This document shows, one piece after another, positions 57,589-64,000 of a DNA stretch of 64,000 nucleotides; the first letter of the stretch is position 1, and each line of letters opens with the position of its first letter. The notes under the pieces were generated by a model. The model saw only the letters and a list, made by a program, of their open reading frames with translations. It searched no databases and was not told the origin of the DNA. The DNA is from Solirubrobacterales bacterium (lineage in GTDB: Bacteria > Actinomycetota > Thermoleophilia > Solirubrobacterales > Solirubrobacteraceae). A program made the position numbers and the translations under genes. The DNA lies in the NCBI GenBank assembly GCA_038199185.1, contig JBBPZE010000060.1, positions 5,066 to 69,065 of the forward strand. The letters are read 5' to 3'.

Positions 57589-58482
57589 CTACCCCCTCGC
57601 CTCGGGAGCGGACAGCAACAGCTCCAGGAGCGCCTTCTGGGCGTGCCGGCGGTTCTCGGCCTGGTCCCAGATCCGCTGGCGCGGGCCGTAGAGCACGTCG
57701 GCCGTGATCTCCTCACCCGGATGGGCGGGGAGGCAGTGCAGCGCGATCGCGCCCTGCGCGGCCCCGTCGAGAAGGCGATCGTCGACGCGATAGGGAGCGA
57801 GCGCGGCGCGGCGCTGCTCTGCGGTCTCCTCGTCGCCCATGCTGACCCAGACGTCGGTGTAGACGGCCTGGGCGCCCATGACGGCCTCGCGGGGGTCGCG
57901 GACCAGGCGGGCGCCGTGCGGGTCGCCCTGCAGCTCGTAGCCCTCCGGGGAGGCGATGACGACCTCGATGCCCGTGAGCGCCCCGGCGACGGCGAGGGAG
58001 CGGGCGACGTTGTTGCCGTCGCCGACATAGGCCAGCTTGAGCCCGTCGAGCTCGCCCACGGCCTCCTGGAGGGTGAGCAGGTCGGCCAGTGCCTGAACCG
58101 GATGATGGTCGTCCGTCAGCATGTTGAACACCGGAATCGAGCCGTGCTCGGCGAGCTCCTCGAGGTGCTGGTGGGGGCCCGTGCGCACGCCGATGGCCTG
58201 CACGTGGCGCGACAGGACAAGGGCCGTGTCGCGAACGGACTCGCCCCGGGCGAGCTGCAGCTCACCGGGCCGCAGCACCATCGGGTGGCCGCCGAGCTCG
58301 ACGACACCGCTCTCGAACGAGAGTCGTGTGCGCGTCGAGGGGCGCTCGAACAGCAGCGCTACGACCTTTCCGGCGAGTGCTGCGGAGGACCGAGGGGCAA
58401 GCTTGAGCTCGGCGGCACGGCCGAGCAGGGCGGTCAGCTCGCCCGGGGTCAGCTCCCGGCCGGTGAGAAAATGCCGCGTCAA
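57589..58482 (-). CDS. argF: Ornithine carbamoyltransferase.
   Basis: (M)TRHFLTG, FERPSTRTR, HPVQALAD, DVWVSMG, HCLPAH. The TTG 58482 start matches the usual N-terminus; ATG 58500 is the alternative. Confidence 0.88.
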   Translation of the reverse strand: MTRHFLTGRELTPGELTALLGRAAELKLAPRSSAALAGKVVALLFERPSTRTRLSFESGVVELGGHPMVLRPGELQLARGESVRDTALVLSRHVQAIGVRTGPHQHLEELAEHGSIPVFNMLTDDHHPVQALADLLTLQEAVGELDGLKLAYVGDGNNVARSLAVAGALTGIEVVIASPEGYELQGDPHGARLVRDPREAVMGAQAVYTDVWVSMGDEETAEQRRAALAPYRVDDRLLDGAAQGAIALHCLPAHPGEEITADVLYGPRQRIWDQAENRRHAQKALLELLLSAPEARG

Positions 58483-58503
58483 GGAGAAGACCCTAGTCAT
58501 CCG

Positions 58504-59187
58504 ATGCTCGTCCTGACCTGGAACCTCTACCACGGGCGCGCCGTCCCCCCGGCGGGCCGCGACCTGCTCGGCGAATACGCCCGAACCCTCGCCGGGTGGG
58601 AGTGGGACGTCGCGATCCTGCAGGAGGTGCCGCCCTGGTGGCCACCCCGGCTGGCGCAGGCGGCCGGGGCGCAGCAGCGCACCGTGCTGACATCCCGCAA
58701 CACCGGCCTGCCGGTACGCCGCTGGGCGGCGAGGCGCTGGCCCGACCTGATCCGATCCAACGGCGGCGGTGCCAACACGATCCTCGTGCGCAACCACCCC
58801 ACCCGCTCGATCACCGAGCACCGGCGCCGCCGGCTGCGGTGGTGGCCCGAGCGGCGGATGGTCCATGCAGTGCGGCTGCACGAGGGGCCGTGGGTGGGCA
58901 ACCTCCACGCCCAGGTGCACTCCGAGGAGCGTGCGCAGGCGGACCTGGCGGCCGCGATCGCCGCGCTGCGGGGCTGGAGCGCGGGCGCCCCGTTCGTCCT
59001 GGGAGGCGATCTCAACGTCCGCGAGCCCCGCGCGGCCGGGCTGGAGCGCGCTGGGGGATACGGCGTCGACCACGTGCTGGCTGAGGGATTCTGCGCGGAG
59101 GACGGGGCGCGGGTGCTGGAACGCGGACGGCTGTCCGACCATGCGCCCGTCGTCGTCGCCGTGCGGGAAGGATGCTCTCCGCGCTAG
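58504..59187 (+). CDS. Endonuclease/exonuclease/phosphatase (EEP) family protein.
   Basis: MLVLTWNLYHG, VAILQEV, LGGDLN, SDHAPV. Confidence 0.75.
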   Translation: MLVLTWNLYHGRAVPPAGRDLLGEYARTLAGWEWDVAILQEVPPWWPPRLAQAAGAQQRTVLTSRNTGLPVRRWAARRWPDLIRSNGGGANTILVRNHPTRSITEHRRRRLRWWPERRMVHAVRLHEGPWVGNLHAQVHSEERAQADLAAAIAALRGWSAGAPFVLGGDLNVREPRAAGLERAGGYGVDHVLAEGFCAEDGARVLERGRLSDHAPVVVAVREGCSPR

Positions 59188-59197
59188 CGTCTCCCCC

Positions 59198-59561
59198 ATG
59201 AGAGCCCCCCTCGCCCTGCCCGTGCTGATCGCCGCCCTCGCCGTCGCCGGCTGCGGATCGAGCGGCGGCGACAAGGGCTCCTCCTCCCCGGCCGCCTCCA
59301 CCCCGGCGACGCCGTCGGGCGGCGTGAGCGCCAACGCCGTGGAGATCAAGGACTTCGCCTACAACCCGGACCCGGTCACGGTCAAGGTCGGCCAGAAGAT
59401 CACGTGGACGAACGCCGATTCGGTCGCCCACAATGTCGTCGCCGACGACGGCTCGTTCAAGTCCGCCACGCTGAACCAGGGCGACACGTACTCCTTCACG
59501 CCCAAGAAGGCCGGGACGTTCGCCTACGTCTGTACGTTCCACGCGCAGATGAAGGGGACGC

Positions 59562-59578
<17 letters not shown>
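59198..59578 (+). CDS. Cupredoxin-like (plastocyanin/amicyanin-type) copper lipoprotein.
   Basis: Lipobox LAVAGC. Copper ligands VAHNV and YVCTFHAQM. Confidence 0.8.
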
Positions 59579-61016
<1,438 letters not shown>

Positions 61017-61023
<7 letters not shown>

Positions 61024-62150
61024 GCTCCGACCTCCGCGAAGCGCCCGGGCGCGAACGCCGCCGCCTCCGGGGGCAGCGCGTGCCCGGCGAGCAGGGAGGC
61101 GACCGCGTCGCCGGTCAGCGGGGCGAGCAGCATCCCGTTGCGATGGTGACCCGCGGCCCAGACGACGCCGTCGGGCGCCGCGCCGATGAGCGGGCCGTTG
61201 TCGGGCGTGCCCGGGCGCAACCCGGCGGCCGCCTCCTCCAGGACGAGCTCGTCGATCCCCGGCACGACCAGCTGCGCCTCCCGCAGGAGATCGCGCACGC
61301 CGCCGGCCGTCACGGTGGTGTCGAAGCCCCGTTCCTCCACCGTCGCGCCGAGGACATATCGGCCGTCGCCGCGGGGCACGAGGTAGCCGGCCGTTCCGCC
61401 TGCGCCGGACCCGAAGCGGACCACGCGCTCGAGCAGTCCCGGCCCGTCGGGGTCACGCAGCCTGAGGATCTGTCCCTTGACCGGGCGGACCGGCGCTCCC
61501 GCCCACGCCCCCGTGGCGAGCACCACGCTCCGGGCGCGCAGCGTGCGCCCGCCGGCCAGCCCGACGTGGTCGCCCGCAAGGCTCACCATCTCCTCGCCCG
61601 GCCGCAGCGCCACGCCGGCGCGCTCACAGGCCAGCGCCAGCGCTCCGAGCAGGAGGCGCGGGTCGACCGCGTGGTCGCCGGGGGCATCGAGCGCCGCGCG
61701 CACGCCGGGAGCCAGCCCCGGCTCGAGCCGGCGCGCCTCGCTGCCGCGCAGGATCGCCGCCTCCAGCCCGAGCTGCTCGCGCAGCGCGCGCTCGCGGTCG
61801 AGCGCGACCGCCTCGTCGGCGTCGCGGGCGACGACCAGCGTCCCGCAGCGGCGGTAGCCGGCCGGGGTTCCCGAGGCCTCCTCGAGCTCCGCCGCGAACG
61901 AGGGCCATCGCGCCGCGCTCGCCAGCCCGGCGCGCAGGAGGGCGGGCTCTCCCGCATCGGCCTCCGACACCGGCGCGAGCATGCCGGCGGCGATCCGCGA
62001 GGTCCCGTCACCCAGAGCTCCGCGATCGAGCACGGTCACGGCCATCCCGCGGCGCGCGGCCGCCCACGCCACCGACAGCCCGATCACCCCGCCGCCGATG
62101 ACGGCGGCGTCGGGTGATGAGGTGGGTGGGGGGGCTCCCTTCGCCGGCAT
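61017..62150 (-). CDS. thiO: Glycine oxidase ThiO (FAD-dependent).
   Basis: AAVIGGGVIGLSVAW dinucleotide fold. The only in-frame canonical start upstream of this motif is the ATG at 62150, which lies inside the riboswitch aptamer. Confidence 0.85.
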
Positions 62151-62246
62151 TGTCCGGAGCAGGTTGTGACGGTCGGCAGGTCGAGGCCCACGGCTACGCG
62201 GTGGGTACTCGGTGCCCTCTCAGCCCGAAGGCTCCCGTGCCTTGCC
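62133..62246 (-). promoter_or_regulatory. TPP (THI-box) riboswitch.
   Basis: The minus strand reads GGGAGCCTTCGGGCTGAGAGGGCACCGAGTACCC...AACCTGCTCCGGACAATGCCGGCGAAGGGAGCC. CUGAGA and ACCUG-N-CCGGAnAAUGCCGGCG-AGGGA are the recalled consensus blocks. An extra CCCAC...GUGGG hairpin is inserted. Confidence 0.75.
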
Positions 62247-62921
62247 ATGCTAATGCGCGTGAGCAGCGTTCACGAGCGGCTCGGCGCCGCGAGGCTGTAC
62301 TTCGTCTGCGACCGCATGCCGGGCGGGCGGCCGCTGGCCGAGGTCCTGCCCGCAGCGCTGCGCGGAGGCGTGGACGTGTTTCAGCTGCGCGACAAGCTGG
62401 CGAGCGACACCGAGGTGCTCGAGGTCGCGGCCGGGGTGCGGGAGCTCTGCGACGCCGTGGGGGCGCTGTTCATCGTCAACGACCGGCCCGACCTGGCGGT
62501 CGCCGCCGGGGCCGACGGCGTGCATGTCGGGCAGGACGACGGCAGCATCGCCCGGGCCCGGTCGCTCGTGGGACCGCGACGGATCGTGGGGCGCTCCACG
62601 CACGAACCGGCGCAGCTCGCGGCGGCCCGGGAGCCGCCCGCCCCCGACTACGTGGCGGTCGGCCCGGTCCACGCCACGCCGACCAAACCCGGTCGGTCGG
62701 CGGCCGGTATCGGCTACGTCCGCCACGCGGCGGCCCACGCGCGCGGCATCCCCTGGTTCGCCATCGGCGGGATCGACACGGAGAACGTGGGCGAGGTGGT
62801 CTCCGCGGGCGCGCGGCGCATCGTGGTCGTACGCGCGATCGCCGAGGCCGAGGATCCCGAGCAGGCCGCCCGCCGGCTGCGCACGGCCCTCGGTGCGGAG
62901 GACCTCGTTGGGGCGCCGTAG
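62247..62921 (+). CDS. thiE: Thiamine-phosphate synthase.
   Basis: RLYFVCD, VFQLRDK, FIVNDRPDLA, GVHVGQDD, FAIGGI. ATG 62247 is preferred; the track start at 62166 would overlap the riboswitch. Confidence 0.88.
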   Translation: MLMRVSSVHERLGAARLYFVCDRMPGGRPLAEVLPAALRGGVDVFQLRDKLASDTEVLEVAAGVRELCDAVGALFIVNDRPDLAVAAGADGVHVGQDDGSIARARSLVGPRRIVGRSTHEPAQLAAAREPPAPDYVAVGPVHATPTKPGRSAAGIGYVRHAAAHARGIPWFAIGGIDTENVGEVVSAGARRIVVVRAIAEAEDPEQAARRLRTALGAEDLVGAP

Positions 62922-63414
62922 CCGTAAGCGCAAGCCCTCGGCCGCGAGGCCGCCCGCGGGGCCACCGGACAAGAACGCGGCGCTGTCGGAACGATACGCG
63001 CGGTCGCGCGCGAGGGACGACGAGGCGCGCGCGGCGCTCGAGCCGCTGGCCGACGGGGAGCGCCCCGGCGCGGTGACGGTCGCCGCGATCGTCGCGATCG
63101 TCATGGCCGTCGCCAACGTGGCCGCCGCGGTGGCGGGTGAGGCGCTCGGCAGCCAGGCGACGTCGTTCACCGTGCTCTCGACCATGATCCTCCTGGCCTG
63201 CGCCGCCGGCATGTGGTTCGGCGCGCGCTACTGGGCGGTGCTCGGGTTCATGATGGTGCTCGTCTTTCAGATCCTCAGCCTGTCGTTTGCGCTCATCCGC
63301 GTGCGACACTGGTGGGGCGCTCTGATCATCCTCGTGGTCCTGGGCCTGCTGGGCTGGATCTTCTTCAGGCTGATCCGCGCGCTCGCCCGGATCCAGATGC
63401 CCCAGCGCCCCTAG
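62908..63414 (+). CDS. Hypothetical membrane protein with a basic N-terminus and 3-4 transmembrane segments.
   Basis: A TTG start gives GRRSRKRKPSAARPP..., followed by AVTVAAIVAIVMAVANVAAAV and later hydrophobic helices. Confidence 0.45.
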   Translation: MGRRSRKRKPSAARPPAGPPDKNAALSERYARSRARDDEARAALEPLADGERPGAVTVAAIVAIVMAVANVAAAVAGEALGSQATSFTVLSTMILLACAAGMWFGARYWAVLGFMMVLVFQILSLSFALIRVRHWWGALIILVVLGLLGWIFFRLIRALARIQMPQRP

Positions 63415-63494
63415 CCACCGGCGCGCCGGCGGCCGAACGCCAGTGGGCCGACGTTGAGGTGAAACGTTTGCGGACGGCCACTAGGGTCCAGCGC

Positions 63495-64000
63495 ATGGCC
63501 GCAACGTCCTATGACTGCGTCGTCATCGGCTCCGGGCCGGGCGGTTACGTGGCCGCCATCCGGGCCGCTCAGCTCGGGATGAAGACCGCCGTGATCGAGA
63601 AGGACGCCATCGGTGGCCGCTGCCTGAACTACGCCTGCATCCCCGCCAAGGCGGTCCTGCGCGTCGCCGACATCCTGCAGGAGGTCCGGGACGCCGGGGA
63701 GTTCGGCATCACCGTGGGCGAGCCGAGCGTCGACTTCGCGGCGGTGGGCGCGCGGCGCCAGAAGGTGGTCCAGACGCTGACCGGCGGCGTCGCCGGCCTG
63801 ATGAAGAAGAACGGCATCGAGGTCATCGACGGTCATGGCTCGGTCACGGCCGAGGGGAACGTGAAGGTCGGCGGCTCGTTCGACGGCACGGAGATCGAGG
63901 TCGCCAGGGCGGCCATCCTCGCCACCGGGAGCGTCAAGAAGCCGATCCCGGGCACGGCGTTCGGCGGGCGCGTCATCGGGACCGAGGAGGCGTGGGCGCT
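63495..64000 (+). CDS. lpd: Dihydrolipoyl dehydrogenase, 5' part; it runs off the right edge and is absent from the ORF track.
   Basis: Hand translation gives MAATSYDCVVIGSGPGGYVAAIRAAQLGMKTAVIEKDAIGGRCLNYACIPAKAVL... This shows an FAD fold and the redox-active CxxxxC. Confidence 0.85.
   Translation, partial: MAATSYDCVVIGSGPGGYVAAIRAAQLGMKTAVIEKDAIGGRCLNYACIPAKAVLRVADILQEVRDAGEFGITVGEPSVDFAAVGARRQKVVQTLTGGVAGLMKKNGIEVIDGHGSVTAEGNVKVGGSFDGTEIEVARAAILATGSVKKPIPGTAFGGRVIGTEEAWA

Noticed and set aside
62166-62246. An upstream start for thiE at 62166.
   Set aside because: The extension (MTVGRSRPTATRWVLGALSARRLPCLA) is antisense to the TPP aptamer. ThiE homology begins near RLYFVCD, which fits ATG 62247.

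Overview
The window is very GC-rich (third codon positions are mostly G/C). Gene content looks Actinomycetota-like: hspR-dnaK operon, ino1 with a PIP-synthase-type gene, and many ATGA/GTGA start/stop overlaps. No searches were run; all family calls rest on motifs read in the translations and recalled from memory.

Layout:
- nt 1-14.9 kb is an accessory, conjugative-element-like island ending at the 3' end of tRNA-Asp. It carries a type IV coupling protein, which I had to translate by hand because it runs off the window edge and is absent from the ORF track. It also carries a replication-relaxation protein, a nested inverted-repeat region (oriT/operator candidate), and two candidate defence modules.
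- Candidate module (a): an MmeI-family methyltransferase lacking the MmeI nuclease motif, coupled to an SF2 helicase and a T5orf172/GIY-YIG protein.
- Candidate module (b): a 612-aa orphan, then a ~1000-aa HEAT/TPR-like protein translationally coupled to an ApeA-like HEPN protein. I consider (a) and (b) the best candidates for an undescribed system.
- nt 15-19.3 kb, between tRNA-Asp and tRNA-Val: RTX-repeat protein, P450 coupled to a GT2, and a convergent GT2.
- The remainder is core chromosome. It includes a tRNA-Glu/tRNA-Lys pair in which tRNA-Lys(UUU) is interrupted by a 251-nt group I intron. It also includes an HNH gene with a Cheo/SOS-type box and an SF2 helicase.
- A long purine block follows: purF, recQ, purN, purH, ridA, then purL, Q, S, C, B, E, D.
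- Heat shock: clpB with a HAIR-like operator, and hspR-dnaJ-grpE-dnaK.
- Then nth, a PfkB kinase, and an inositol-phospholipid cluster (PAP2, CDP-alcohol phosphatidyltransferase, ino1, GT4-PHP fusion).
- Then argF, thiOSG with a TPP riboswitch facing thiE, and a 5'-partial lpd at the right edge, also missing from the track.

Many long ORFs in the track are antisense artefacts typical of high-GC DNA.
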